This document shows positions 30,120-40,458 of a stretch of 64,000 nt of DNA, one piece after another. The DNA is from an uncultured Gemmatimonadota bacterium. Its GTDB lineage: Bacteria; Gemmatimonadota; Gemmatimonadetes; Palauibacterales; Palauibacteraceae. The stretch lies in contig CAZDZJ010000135.1 of NCBI GenBank assembly GCA_964509895.1, forward strand, positions 1,674 to 65,673. The letters run 5' to 3'. Numbering within the stretch: the stretch's first letter is position 1; each line of letters starts with the position of its first letter. The position numbers and the translations under genes were made by a program. The notes beneath the pieces were generated by a model. That model did not search any database and was not told where the DNA came from. It was given only the letters and a program-made list of their open reading frames with translations.

Positions 30120-31298
30120 GTGAGCCAGCTCCAACAGGTCTCGACCCCCGGGGGTGACATCGCTACGCCGCCCATCACCCGGGCGGCGATCGCGGGCGCC
30201 GAGCGCATCGTCCTCAAGGTGGGGACGGGGGTCGTCACGCATGCCGACGGGACGATCGCCCTCTCTCGGCTTTTTCGAGTGGTGGAGAGCGCCAGCCGCC
30301 TGCGGCGGGAGGGTCGGGAAGTCCTGATCGTCACTTCGGGCGCGGTGGGCCTGGGTCGTGTCGCCCTCCAGCTCCCCGAACCGCCCGCGACGGCCGAAGA
30401 GAAGCAGACGTGCGCCGCCGTCGGCCAGAGCCGGCTCATGGAACTCTACCAGCAGGGCTTCGGCCGGCTCGGCGTCACCTGCGCGCAGATTCTCATCACG
30501 TGGACGGACTTCGATGACCGGGTCCGCTACCTGAACCTGCACGAGACGCTCCAGAGCCTCTTCCGGCTCGGCGTGGTTCCGGTGGTGAACGAGAACGACG
30601 CGATCTCGCTGAACGATCGCGTGTACCGCGGGACCGGCAAGCGGCCGATCTTCGACGACAACGACCGGCTGGGAGCCCTGGTGGCGAGCGAACTGGCGGC
30701 GGATCTGATCGTGCTGCTGACCGACGTGCCGGGGGTCATGACGGCCGACCCCAGGCGCGACCCGGAGGCGCGGCTCATCGGCCGGATCGAGCGCCCGGAC
30801 GACCACGGGCTCGATGTGGACGGCCGCTCGGGGCTCGGCCGCGGCGGCATGGCGAGCAAGCTGGAGGCGGCGTCGGTCGCGTCCCGCGGCGGGTGCCACA
30901 CCGTCATCGCGTCGGGCGTCGATCCCGAGGCCCTCGACCGGGTCCTGGCCGGCGAGGAGGAAGGGACGTGGATCCCGCCTCGGGCCGCGCTGTCCTCGCG
31001 CAGCCGCTGGATCGCCTATTGTTCACATCCGCGCGGGACGCTCGTTCTGGCCGAGGGAGCCGCCGAACGCCTGCGGCGCGGTGAATCGCTGCGGGCCGCC
31101 GACGTCGCGCGGGGGGACGGCGCGTTCCGGCGGGGCGACGTGGTCGAGGTCCTGGCGCTCGACGGATCCCTCGTCGGCCGGGGCGTCGTCGCGCTCGATT
31201 CGAGGCTCGTCCTCCAGGCGATCTCCCACGATCGTGCCGCCGCCGTCGAACTCGTGGGGCGGGAGCATCTCATCCTCAAGGAAACGAGCGATGACTGA
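30120..31298 (+). CDS. proB: Glutamate 5-kinase
   Basis: IVLKVGT, VTSGAV, AAVGQSRLM, VNENDA, DNDRL, GRGGMASK, C-terminal PUA domain; start approximate. Confidence 0.93.
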   Translation: MSQLQQVSTPGGDIATPPITRAAIAGAERIVLKVGTGVVTHADGTIALSRLFRVVESASRLRREGREVLIVTSGAVGLGRVALQLPEPPATAEEKQTCAAVGQSRLMELYQQGFGRLGVTCAQILITWTDFDDRVRYLNLHETLQSLFRLGVVPVVNENDAISLNDRVYRGTGKRPIFDDNDRLGALVASELAADLIVLLTDVPGVMTADPRRDPEARLIGRIERPDDHGLDVDGRSGLGRGGMASKLEAASVASRGGCHTVIASGVDPEALDRVLAGEEEGTWIPPRAALSSRSRWIAYCSHPRGTLVLAEGAAERLRRGESLRAADVARGDGAFRRGDVVEVLALDGSLVGRGVVALDSRLVLQAISHDRAAAVELVGREHLILKETSDD

Positions 31299-32580
31299 GA
31301 CGCTGCGGGAGCGGGCGGCCGGGGTACGGAAGGCGCAGCGCACGATCGGAAGCGTGCCGGCGGCGCGCCGGACGGCGGCGTTGCGCGCCCTGAGAGCCGT
31401 GCTGGTCCGCTCGCGCGGCGAGATCTCGCGGGCGAATGACGAAGACCTCGAGCGGGCCGCGGAGGAAGGGCTTTCCGGGGCGCTCCTCCACCGACTGGGG
31501 CTGCCCGACGCCAAGTTCGAGAGCCTGCTCGACGGGATCGACGCGCTCGTCGAAGGCGAAGATCCGATCGACCGTGTCCTGACGCGGACGGAACTCGATG
31601 AGGGTCTCGTCCTCGAGCGTGTGAGCAGCCCGCTCGGCGTGCTCCTCATCATCTTCGAGAGCCGTCCCGACGCGGTCATCCAGATCGGGTCGCTCGCCAT
31701 CCGCTCGGGGAACGGCGTGATCATGAAGGGGGGGCGCGAGGCGGCGCGTTCGAACGAGGTGCTCGTCGGCTGCCTGCAGCGGGCGCTGGAGGAGGCGGGA
31801 CTCGATCGTCGGGCGGTCCTCGGCGTCCCGGACCGGCGCGATGTCGACGAATTGCTCGCCCTGGACGACCTCATCGACCTCGTCATCCCCCGGGGCTCCG
31901 GGGCGCTGGTGCGTTCGATCCAGGAGCGGAGCCGGATTCCGGTGCTGGGTCACGCGGAGGGGGTATGTCACCTCTTCGTGGACGCCTCGGCCGATCCGGA
32001 GATGGCGATGCGGATGGCGGTGGATGGGAAGTGCGACTACCCGGCCGCCTGCAACGCGACCGAGACGCTGCTCGTGCACGCAGCGTTTCTGCCGCGGTTG
32101 GGGCCGGTCGGAGAAGCCCTGCGCGAACAGGGCGTGGAACTCCGCTGCGACCCGCCGGCTCGCGGTGCCCTGCCGTGGGCCGAAGCCGCCTCGAACGAAG
32201 ACTGGGGAGTCGAGTTCGGGGAACTGACGCTCGCCGTGCGGACCGTCGGGAGCCTGGAGGAGGCCGTCGATCACATCCACACCTACGGGAGCAGCCACAC
32301 CGACGCGATCGTGGCCGAAGACCGGGAGGTGGCGGAGCGGTTTCTGACGGCGGTCGACGCGGCGAGCGTGTTCCACAACGCGAGCACCCGCTTCGCGGAC
32401 GGCTTCCGATACGGGCTCGGGGCCGAGGTCGGAATCAGCACGGCGCGCATCCACGCGCGCGGGCCGGTCGGTGTCGAGGGCCTCCTGACGACGCGCTGGC
32501 TGCTGCGCGGCGAGGGGCAGGGCGCCGCGGACTACGGCCCCGGCAAGCGAAGCTTCACGCACCGCCCGATGGACGGCTAG
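31291..32580 (+). CDS. proA: Glutamate-5-semialdehyde dehydrogenase
   Basis: IFESRP, IPRG, ACNATETLL, HNASTRFADG..GAEVGIST..HARGPVG. Confidence 0.95.
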   Translation: MTETLRERAAGVRKAQRTIGSVPAARRTAALRALRAVLVRSRGEISRANDEDLERAAEEGLSGALLHRLGLPDAKFESLLDGIDALVEGEDPIDRVLTRTELDEGLVLERVSSPLGVLLIIFESRPDAVIQIGSLAIRSGNGVIMKGGREAARSNEVLVGCLQRALEEAGLDRRAVLGVPDRRDVDELLALDDLIDLVIPRGSGALVRSIQERSRIPVLGHAEGVCHLFVDASADPEMAMRMAVDGKCDYPAACNATETLLVHAAFLPRLGPVGEALREQGVELRCDPPARGALPWAEAASNEDWGVEFGELTLAVRTVGSLEEAVDHIHTYGSSHTDAIVAEDREVAERFLTAVDAASVFHNASTRFADGFRYGLGAEVGISTARIHARGPVGVEGLLTTRWLLRGEGQGAADYGPGKRSFTHRPMDG

Positions 32581-32743
32581 TGTCGTGTCCCGGAAATACC
32601 ACGGCTATTCGAGCGCCGATGCATCCGGCTCCGTGGCGTTGCTCCTCCTCGAAATGGCGCTGCCATTCCTCGTCGGAGCGCCTTGCGGAAGCCGGCGCCT
32701 CGGCACTCTCGGTAGCTCGCGTATTTCCGGGACACGACACTAG
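32577..32743. mobile_element. MITE-like palindromic element, terminal type B (167 bp), opposite orientation to the 28869 copy
   Basis: 23-bp TIR ctagtgtcgtgtcccggaaatac / gtatttccgggacacgacactag; ungapped alignment to reverse complement of 28869-29035. Confidence 0.9.
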
Positions 32744-32844
32744 ACCGGCCTTCCTTTCGGCACCGGAGACCGTCAACCGCGTCCGGGTTCGAACGTTAAT
32801 GCACCAAGAACGTGGTGCGGACTTCGACTCGGGGAAGACGACAC

Positions 32845-33492
32845 GTGAGAGGCAGTATCGCTCTGGTGGGTTGCTTGCTGCTCATTGCGGTTCCGGCGGC
32901 TGCGCAGACACGACTGGGGATTCGGACGGGAATCGGAGTGAACTCCGTCTCCCCCGGATACGAATCCCTCTTCCGGCCCATGGCCGCCGCCGATGTCACG
33001 GTCCCGCTACACGGCATCCTCGGCATGCGATTCGGAGCGGCCTACGCCCCTCGCGGCGGGTCGTACCACAATCCCAACATGCCCGATGCCCCGTTCGGAC
33101 ACAGTCTGCCTCGTTCGATGAGCTCCGCGAACGCAGCACACCGGGGCACCGCGCTCGTGATGAGCTATGCCCAAGTCTCCGCCCTGTTACATGCTGCGCT
33201 GGAGACGGATGCCGGTCTTGTTGAATTCGGTGTGATGGGCGGGCCGTGGTTCGGCTTGATCACCCGGTGCAGTTACGCGAATGATCCGTGTGCCGGCCGG
33301 GGCAGAGACTTCGACAGCTACGACTACGGGCTGGCGCTCGGTGGTGGTGCGGAAATGGCGATCAGCGCTGACGTGGATCTGGCACTCGAACTGGTACAGT
33401 TCTTCGGGCTGGCGGACCTCAGGGACACCCGTCGCAGGACGACCTCATCGCACCTGGCGGGTCAGATCGGGTTCGTGTTCGCGATCCGATAA
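32845..33492 (+). CDS. Outer-membrane beta-barrel (PorT/porin-family-like) protein
   Basis: Signal peptide ..AVPAAAQ, GIRTGIG first strand, SYAQVSALL, GGPWFG, DYGLALGGG, C-terminal aromatic strand. Confidence 0.6.
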   Translation: MRGSIALVGCLLLIAVPAAAQTRLGIRTGIGVNSVSPGYESLFRPMAAADVTVPLHGILGMRFGAAYAPRGGSYHNPNMPDAPFGHSLPRSMSSANAAHRGTALVMSYAQVSALLHAALETDAGLVEFGVMGGPWFGLITRCSYANDPCAGRGRDFDSYDYGLALGGGAEMAISADVDLALELVQFFGLADLRDTRRRTTSSHLAGQIGFVFAIR

Positions 33493-33526
33493 CCCCACCC
33501 GGTACCCGGCTCCGTCCGGAACGCAG

Positions 33527-34285
33527 CTACAGCCGGCGGACGCGGATGTTGCGGTACCAGACGGGGTCGCCGTGGTCCTGCAGGCCGAGGTGGCCATCGT
33601 GGTGCCGGCCGTAGTCCGGCCACTGGATGAACTTGCTCCCGGCGACGAGTGCCTCCCACTCGGGAGACGCGATCTCGTACTCGACCACCCGGACGCCGTT
33701 CAGCCAGTGCACGACCTGGTTGCCGTGGCGCACGATCCGGACCTCGTTCCACTCACCGGCCGGCCGCGACACGTCCTCCGGCGGCGCGTGCAGGCCGTAG
33801 TTGGACCCCGCCGACGTCAGCGGATTGCCTCCGTCGTAGTGCCCCGCGTTGTCGAGCACCTGCATCTCGGGTCCCGACTGAAAGGCGCTCTCGGTGCTCT
33901 CCACGATTCCGAAGAAGATCCCGCTGTTGCCGCCTTCGCCGACCTTCCACTCGAGACGAAGGTCGAAGTCCATGTAGGTGTCGCGCGTGATGAGCGTCCC
34001 GCCCCCGACGCCGGGCGTGAAGGCGAGGGCCCCGTCGGCGGCGCTCCAGCCGGCCGGTGCGTCCTCCATCTGGAAGCCGCGCCACGCGTCGAGCGATTCG
34101 CCCTCGAACAGGAGCTCGAACCCTTCGGCCGCTTCCTCGGCGGACAACCGGTTCGCGGCGGCCTGGGACTCCATCGCCGCGTCCGACGCGTCCTCTTCAG
34201 CTGCTTGCGATCCGGCCTCCGCCTGGCCGCAGGCGGTTGCGGCGATCGCGACGAGGGCGGGCGCCCCCCACCTGTGTCGTCTCAC
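33527..34285 (-). CDS. DUF1080 / 3-keto-disaccharide hydrolase family lipoprotein
   Basis: GFELLFEG, DFDLRLEWK, GNSGIF, PEMQVLD, GEWN, LQDHGDPVWYRNIRVR; lipobox ATAC. Confidence 0.9.
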   Translation of the reverse strand: MRRHRWGAPALVAIAATACGQAEAGSQAAEEDASDAAMESQAAANRLSAEEAAEGFELLFEGESLDAWRGFQMEDAPAGWSAADGALAFTPGVGGGTLITRDTYMDFDLRLEWKVGEGGNSGIFFGIVESTESAFQSGPEMQVLDNAGHYDGGNPLTSAGSNYGLHAPPEDVSRPAGEWNEVRIVRHGNQVVHWLNGVRVVEYEIASPEWEALVAGSKFIQWPDYGRHHDGHLGLQDHGDPVWYRNIRVRRL

Positions 34286-34394
34286 GTCTGAACTCCGGGC
34301 TCGAATCAGGTTTGGTATCCGGCTCACGGTAGACCCTGCCAGTACGGGCCGCCAGCCGACCGCCAGCCGCCGGTGAGCCACCGGCGAGCCCGGG

Positions 34395-35630
34395 TCAGCG
34401 GCGGCCGCCGGCGATGCGGGCGGCCTCGGGCCGCCGGCGCAGCGCCAGCATGCTCCAGGTGCCGAGCGCCGGGCCGATGGCCAGCGGGGCGAAGGCCCAC
34501 TCCCAGCCCAGCGACGACTCCCACACCGGGATGAGGCGGATGGTGGCGATCGTGAGGAGGAAGCCGACGGCCGTTTGAAGCGTGAGCGCCGTCCCCACAT
34601 ACCCGGGTTCGGCGAGTTCGCTCACGCAGGCGGAGAACTGCGCGGAGTCGGCGACGATCGCGAACCCCCACACGAGACACACTGCCGCGATCACCCACGC
34701 AGTCCCCCCGAAGAGCGGCCCGATTGCGAGGCAGCATGCCCCGCTCACCACCATGCTCCAGCTCGTCACGACCGTCCGTCCGATGCGGTCGGCGAGGACC
34801 CCGGCGACGGCGGCGCCCAGCCCTCCGGCCGCGATCGCCCCGAAGGCCAGGTACGAGGCGAGGGAAGGGGTCGTCCCCGCGCTCGCGTCGGCGGCGAAGC
34901 TCGCCGCGAGGAAGGCGGGAATCCACGTCCACATGGCGTAGAGCTCCCACATGTGCCCGAAGTAGCCGCCGTTGGCGAGCATCGTGGCGCGGTCGCCGAG
35001 GATGCGGCGCACCGCACGGGGGTCGAAGGGCGCGGCCGGCGCCTGATGGGGGCCGGCGCGGAGCCCGGTCGCGGCGAGGATGGCCGCGACGACGGCGAGG
35101 CCGGAGGCGAGCAGAAGCACGGGTTGCCAGGCACCGATCCCGCCGATGGGGCGCAGCAGGTGCGGCGATGCGCTCCCGACCGCGAGGGCGCCGATGAGAA
35201 CGCCGATCGCCGTGCCGCGTCCCGCTCGGAACCACCCGGCGACGATCTTCATCCCGGGCGGATAGACCCCCGCGAGGGCCACCCCGGTCACGAACCGGAG
35301 TGCGACCGCCAGGCCGAGCCCGTCGGCGAAGACCGCGATCGCGGCCGTGGACGCGGCGCCGACGAGCGCCGACCCCGCGATGAGCCGGCGCGGGTCCCAC
35401 ACGTCGGAGAGCGTGAGCAGCGCCGAGAGGACCGCGCCCGTGGCGAAGCCGAGCTGGACCGACGTCGTGAGCCACGCCGCGCCGGCGTCGCCCAGATCCC
35501 ACGCCTCCCGCAGCTCCGGCACGACGGCGCTGGCCGAGAACCAGAGCCCCATCGCGAGCAACTCGACGATCGCGAGGAGGGCGAGTTGACGGCTTCGGCG
35601 CACGCCGGCGCTCTCGGCGGACGCGGTCAC
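34395..35630 (-). CDS. MFS transporter
   Basis: LWFSASAV, GVYPPGMK, GYFGHMWELYAMW, ADRIGR, ADSAQFSA. Confidence 0.88.
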   Translation of the reverse strand: MTASAESAGVRRSRQLALLAIVELLAMGLWFSASAVVPELREAWDLGDAGAAWLTTSVQLGFATGAVLSALLTLSDVWDPRRLIAGSALVGAASTAAIAVFADGLGLAVALRFVTGVALAGVYPPGMKIVAGWFRAGRGTAIGVLIGALAVGSASPHLLRPIGGIGAWQPVLLLASGLAVVAAILAATGLRAGPHQAPAAPFDPRAVRRILGDRATMLANGGYFGHMWELYAMWTWIPAFLAASFAADASAGTTPSLASYLAFGAIAAGGLGAAVAGVLADRIGRTVVTSWSMVVSGACCLAIGPLFGGTAWVIAAVCLVWGFAIVADSAQFSACVSELAEPGYVGTALTLQTAVGFLLTIATIRLIPVWESSLGWEWAFAPLAIGPALGTWSMLALRRRPEAARIAGGRR

Positions 35631-35643
35631 GGGCTGCCTCCGG

Positions 35644-37629
35644 TTAACCCTCGCTGTCGGCGAACTTCTGCTGCAGGCTCCGCACCACGGCGGGGTCGGC
35701 GAGCGTCGTCGTGTCGCCCAGCGCCCGGCCCTCCGCCACGTCGCGCAGGAGGCGCCGCATGATCTTCCCGCTTCGCGTCTTCGGCAGTTCGGCCGCGAAG
35801 ATGAGGTCGGCCGGGCGCGCGATCGCGCCGATCTGTGTCGCCACGTGCCCCCGCAGTTCCTGCCGTAGCGCCTCGGAGGTCTCCGTCCCCTCCACCACGC
35901 TCACGAACGCGGCCACCGCCTGCCCCTTGATCTCGTCCGAACGCCCCACGACGGCCGCCTCGGCCACCGCCTCGTGGTCCACCAGCGCGGACTCCACCTC
36001 CATCGTCCCGATCCGGTGTCCGGCCACGTTCAGCACGTCGTCCACGCGCCCCATGATCCAGTAGTAGCCGTCCTCGTCCACCCGCGCCCCGTCGCCGGGG
36101 AAGTAGATGTCGGGCCACTTCGCCCAGTACGTCTCGCGGTAGCGCTCCTCGTCTCCCCACACGCCCCGCAGCATCCCGGGCCAGGGCGACGTGATCGCGA
36201 GGTAGCCGGACTCCGCCGGGTTCCCCTCCTCGTCGAGGATCGCCGCCTCGACGCCGGGGAAGGGGACCGTCGCCGTCCCGGGCTTCGTCGTGATGGCCCC
36301 CGGGAGCGGAGTGATCATGATCCCGCCCGTCTCCGTCTGCCACCATGTGTCCACGATCGGGCAGCGCCCGCCGCCGATGTGCCGGTCATACCACACCCAC
36401 GCCTCGGGGTTGATGGGCTCGCCCACCGTCCCCAGCAGTCGGAGCTTCGACAGGTCGTATCCCGCGGGCCAATGATCCCCCCACCGCATGAAGGCGCGGA
36501 TCGCCGTCGGCGCCGTGTAGAACACCGTCACCGCGTAGCGCCCGCACAGCTCCCAGAACCGGCCCCGGTCCGGCCAGTCGGGCGATCCCTCGTACATCAC
36601 AACCGTCGCCGCGTTCGAGAGCGGGCCGTACACGATGTAGGAGTGGCCCGTCACCCACCCCACGTCCGCCGTGCACCAGTAGATGTCTTCGTCCTTGAGG
36701 TCGAACACCCACTTCGTCGTGGCGGTGACCTGGGTCATGTAGCCGCCCGTCGTGTGCATCACGCCCTTCGGCTTCCCCGTCGTCCCGGAGGTGTAGAGGA
36801 TGTAGAGCAGATCCTCCGAATCCATGGGCTCGGCGGGGCAGCGGGCGTCCGCGGCGGCGATCAGGTCGTGGTACCAGTGGTCCCGACCCTCCGTCATGTC
36901 GCACGACGGCGTCTCGACCCTGTCGCCGTGGGGAGCCGCCCCGGGGTCGGTCACGGCGGAGCGCTGCACGACGACGACGCTCTTCACGTAGTCGAGACCC
37001 TCGATCGCCGTGTCCGTGCTCGCCTTGAGGGGGATGATCGCGCCGCGGCGATATCCCCCGTCCGCCGTGATCACGCAGGTCGCGTGCGCGTCCTCGATCC
37101 GGTCGCGGAGGGACTGCGGCGAGAAGCCGCCGAAGACGACCGAATGCGGGGCGCCGATGCGCGCGCAGGCGAGCATGGCGATGGCGGCCTCCGGGACCAT
37201 GGGAAGGTAGATCGCGACCCGGTCGCCCTTGCCGACGCCGAGGCCCCTGAGCGCGTTCGCGAACCGGCACACCTCGTCGTGCAACTCGCGGTAGGTGTAG
37301 CGGCGCACATCGCCCGGCTCGCCCTCCCAGACCAGCGCCTCCTTCGACCCCCGGGCCTCGAGGTGCCGGTCGAGACAGTTCCAGGCGGCGTTGAGCGTGC
37401 CCCCGACGAACCACTTCGAGAAAGGAGGTTCCCATTCCAGCACCGTCTCCCAGGGCGTGAACCAGTCGAGCTGCCGGGCCCAGCCCTCCCAGTAGGCATC
37501 GCGGTCGCGGGCGGCGTCCTCGTAGGGGCCGCGGTCGCCCACGTGGGCGGCGGCGACGAACTCCGCCGAAGGTTCGAAGGTCCTCTGCTCGTCCAGCAGG
37601 ACGTCGATTTCCCGGTGCTGTTCGGTCAT
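35644..37629 (-). CDS. acs: Acetate--CoA ligase
   Basis: [46 protein letters not shown]. Confidence 0.96.
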   Translation of the reverse strand: MTEQHREIDVLLDEQRTFEPSAEFVAAAHVGDRGPYEDAARDRDAYWEGWARQLDWFTPWETVLEWEPPFSKWFVGGTLNAAWNCLDRHLEARGSKEALVWEGEPGDVRRYTYRELHDEVCRFANALRGLGVGKGDRVAIYLPMVPEAAIAMLACARIGAPHSVVFGGFSPQSLRDRIEDAHATCVITADGGYRRGAIIPLKASTDTAIEGLDYVKSVVVVQRSAVTDPGAAPHGDRVETPSCDMTEGRDHWYHDLIAAADARCPAEPMDSEDLLYILYTSGTTGKPKGVMHTTGGYMTQVTATTKWVFDLKDEDIYWCTADVGWVTGHSYIVYGPLSNAATVVMYEGSPDWPDRGRFWELCGRYAVTVFYTAPTAIRAFMRWGDHWPAGYDLSKLRLLGTVGEPINPEAWVWYDRHIGGGRCPIVDTWWQTETGGIMITPLPGAITTKPGTATVPFPGVEAAILDEEGNPAESGYLAITSPWPGMLRGVWGDEERYRETYWAKWPDIYFPGDGARVDEDGYYWIMGRVDDVLNVAGHRIGTMEVESALVDHEAVAEAAVVGRSDEIKGQAVAAFVSVVEGTETSEALRQELRGHVATQIGAIARPADLIFAAELPKTRSGKIMRRLLRDVAEGRALGDTTTLADPAVVRSLQQKFADSEG

Positions 37630-37802
37630 GGAATCGCTCGAATCGGGGGGAGAAACGGACCGTTGCGCTTGTCACGAAGCCGACGGAGACCCCATTTAGC
37701 GGGCCGGTCGCGGGCCGCACGGCGTGACAGTAGACGACGCCCGGCGGCGCAGGCAAGAACCCCTCGCGACCGGCACGACGAAGCGACGAAGCACGGAGAT
37801 TC

Positions 37803-38111
37803 ATGACCGACGATACGCTGACCTCGATCCTCATCATCGCGGGCTCGGTGGCCGCGCTGCTCGCCCTTGCGTTCGGCATCTGGATCGGGCTCGGGTCTCC
37901 GGGACTCTACGACCGGTCTGAGCCGACCGGCAGGGCGCCGCGCGAATCGCCCTGGCGCTGGCTGCTGGGAGGGCGGCAGCGCGCCCGGTCGAGCCGCTTC
38001 GATGCCGTGATGCGCGATGCCGAAACGGAGGAGGGCGAGGCCGAAGGGGGACGGTTCGAGCCGCACGCGTCGAAGCCGGATTTCAGCCGGGGACGTCGCT
38101 TCCGGCGATGA
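37803..38111 (+). CDS. Small hypothetical membrane protein
   Basis: GGAG SD before ATG; single N-terminal TM segment. Confidence 0.55.
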   Translation: MTDDTLTSILIIAGSVAALLALAFGIWIGLGSPGLYDRSEPTGRAPRESPWRWLLGGRQRARSSRFDAVMRDAETEEGEAEGGRFEPHASKPDFSRGRRFRR

Positions 38112-38151
38112 ATCGCGCGCGGCGGATACGCAGGCGGCGAATACGCCGGCG

Positions 38152-39027
38152 GTGAGTACGCCGGCGGATCGTCACGAGCGGGTGCGGCGCATCCTCCTGT
38201 GGGTGCTGCTCGCGAACGTGGCGGTGATCGCGGCGAAGGTGGTCGTGGGGCTGCGTTCGGGGTCGATCGCGGTGCTGGGCGACGCGGCCCACTCGGGCGT
38301 CGACGCGATCAACAACGTCGTGGGCCTTGCCGCGATGCGCCTCGCGTCCGCCCCGCCGGACGCCGAGCATCCCTACGGTCACGGCAAGTTCGAGACGCTC
38401 GCGGTGCTCGCCGTGGCGGCCTTCCTCTCGGTCACGTGCTTCGAACTCGTCCAGGGCGCCATCGAGCGTCTCATCCAGGGCGGTGCTCCCCCGAACCTCG
38501 AGCCGCCGATGCTGATCCTGCTCGCGGCGGCCCTGATCGTGAACACGGTCGTCGCGCTGAGCGAGGCCCGCGCGAGCCGCAGGCTGTCGAGCGAGATCCT
38601 CGCGGCGGACGCGCGGCACACGGCGGCCGATGTGCTCGTGACGGCGGGAGTTCTGGTCGGACTCGCGATCACGACATGGACCGGCTGGGCTCCCGCCGAC
38701 GCGTGGCTGGCCCTCGCCGTGGCCTTCGTCGTGGCGCGCTCGGGATACCAGATCTTCCGGGAAACCATCCCGGTACTCGTCGATGAGCGGGCGGTCGATC
38801 CGGTGGAAATCGAGGATGTCGCGAGGGAGGTTGCCGGCGTGCGCGCCGTGACCCGGGTCCGTTCACGCGGCAAGTCCGTGGGGCGTTTCGCCGAACTCAT
38901 CATCCAGGTCGCGCCCGGCGAGACGGTGGTCAGCGCCCACGAAATCGCCGATGAAGTGGAACGGCGCATCGCGGACCGGATGGGCTTCACGGATGTGACG
39001 GTCCACGTGGAGCCCGAAGGCTACTGA
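38152..39027 (+). CDS. Cation diffusion facilitator family transporter
   Basis: DAAHSGVD, HPYGHGKFE, DARHTAAD, AHEIADEVE, VHVEP; start approximate. Confidence 0.9.
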   Translation: MSTPADRHERVRRILLWVLLANVAVIAAKVVVGLRSGSIAVLGDAAHSGVDAINNVVGLAAMRLASAPPDAEHPYGHGKFETLAVLAVAAFLSVTCFELVQGAIERLIQGGAPPNLEPPMLILLAAALIVNTVVALSEARASRRLSSEILAADARHTAADVLVTAGVLVGLAITTWTGWAPADAWLALAVAFVVARSGYQIFRETIPVLVDERAVDPVEIEDVAREVAGVRAVTRVRSRGKSVGRFAELIIQVAPGETVVSAHEIADEVERRIADRMGFTDVTVHVEPEGY

Positions 39028-39031
39028 CGGC

Positions 39032-39736
39032 TCAGTCGTCCGCCGCGTCGTCCGTTTCGTCGTCCGGGCCGGAGTCCGGGTCGGGCTCGACGGCGAACGC
39101 CCAGGCGCAGCGGTCGTCCGTACCGGCTTCACAGTGGGTATGCACGGCGTGCCCGTCTCCCACCCGATATGCCTCGAAGAGGGCATCGATGATCCCGGTC
39201 AGAAGCGCGCAGCCGGCTCCCCCCTTTTCGGCGGTCGCAAGCGCCGGCAGTCCGCGCTCGATGACGAGCGTCCCCTTGCTTACCCGGATGCCGGAGGCGG
39301 GGCAGAGCAGGCGCGCGATCTGTCGAGCCTTTCTCCAGGCGCGCAGTCGCCGCCATGCCAGCGGCATGAGCCGCCACCCGCCGCGCATGACCACCACGCC
39401 CCGCGCGCCCAGCTCCTCGCGGGCGATCCGGTGTCCCGTGACACCGAAGATCTCCGGAGAATCCACGCGCTTCGCGACGAGGTCGAACAGGCTCCCGACC
39501 TCTGTCGCGCTTACGTCGCCGCCCTCCGCCTGGTAGCGGTGAATCTGCTTGAGAACGACGCTGGAGAGCCCGAGCCTCCGGCGCAGATTGAGGGAGAGGT
39601 CCCCGCCCTCGAGTTCGCTCGGATCCTCGGGCGTGTCGAGGTCTTTGAGGGTCAGCAGGAGGGCCAGCGGGATGCGAACGGGAATGTCGCCCTCGAACTC
39701 CCCGTCTTGTGTATGCGGAGAATCAACCGGCATCAT
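39032..39736 (-). CDS. Hypothetical protein with C-terminal V4R-like motif
   Basis: GCALLTG...HTHCEAGTDDRCAWAF Cys pattern. Confidence 0.55.
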   Translation of the reverse strand: MMPVDSPHTQDGEFEGDIPVRIPLALLLTLKDLDTPEDPSELEGGDLSLNLRRRLGLSSVVLKQIHRYQAEGGDVSATEVGSLFDLVAKRVDSPEIFGVTGHRIAREELGARGVVVMRGGWRLMPLAWRRLRAWRKARQIARLLCPASGIRVSKGTLVIERGLPALATAEKGGAGCALLTGIIDALFEAYRVGDGHAVHTHCEAGTDDRCAWAFAVEPDPDSGPDDETDDAADD

Positions 39737-39812
39737 GGTGCGCAAGGCTACGGCGGCACTTCCGGGCCTGCAAGCGGTGCCGGACGCCGGAGCCCACCGC
39801 ATGGGAGGCGCC

Positions 39813-40220
39813 ATGAATGCACCCGTCTCGAAGGAAACCACCCACGCCGTCCTCCGGGTTACCGCCGGCCTCATGCTATGGCAGCACGGCGCCCAGAAGC
39901 TGTTCGGCATGTTCGGGGCCACCGCAGTCGAATCCTGGTTCGCGTGGCCCCGGGGGATCGCCGGCATCATCGAGTTCTTCCTGCCGATCCTCATCATCCT
40001 CGGGATACGGACGCGCTGGGTCGCCTTCATCCTCACGGGGCACTTCGCGGTGGTCTACTGGTGGCGCCACTTCTTCGCCCGCGAGATGGAGTTCTGGCCG
40101 ATCGTGAACGGTGGGGAGCTCGCCATCCTGTATTGCGCGATTTTCCTCTTCCTGTGGACGACGGGCAACGGGAAGTTCAGCCTGGACCACATGGTCCCGG
40201 GTCCCGGCAGCGACGACTAG
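39813..40220 (+). CDS. DoxX family membrane protein
   Basis: HGAQKLFG, AGIIE, GIRTR, NGGELAILY, GKFSLD; GGAGG SD. Confidence 0.9.
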   Translation: MNAPVSKETTHAVLRVTAGLMLWQHGAQKLFGMFGATAVESWFAWPRGIAGIIEFFLPILIILGIRTRWVAFILTGHFAVVYWWRHFFAREMEFWPIVNGGELAILYCAIFLFLWTTGNGKFSLDHMVPGPGSDD

Positions 40221-40307
40221 CTGCACGACGCTGGCGCAAGTTGTTCGGCCGCCGGTCCGGCCCCATCTTGTGCGGCCGGCCGGCGGCCTCCCGCAGGGTG
40301 CCGCCGC

Positions 40308-40412
40308 GTAGCAGTCCGTGGAAAAACCCCGCGTCAGCGACGTTGGCGTAGCGATTCAGGCGAGGTGCATTCGCCGCTCGAACCAAGCGGGGCTTTTGCC
40401 ACGGGCTGCTGG
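40308..40412. mobile_element. Internally deleted, degenerate copy of the type A element (105 bp)
   Basis: gtagcagtccgtggaaaaaccccgcgtcagcg...cgctcgaaccaagcggggcttttgccacgggctgctgg matches both ends of the reverse complement of 19925-20114. Confidence 0.8.
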
Positions 40413-40458
40413 TACATCTTCCCGGAGTGACCCCGTAGACGGAGCGGACCCTCGAGCC

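Noticed and set aside
40318-40458. Longer leuS N-terminus starting at GTG 40318
   Set aside because: The start lies inside the A2 repeat; family similarity begins at MYDP (40459).
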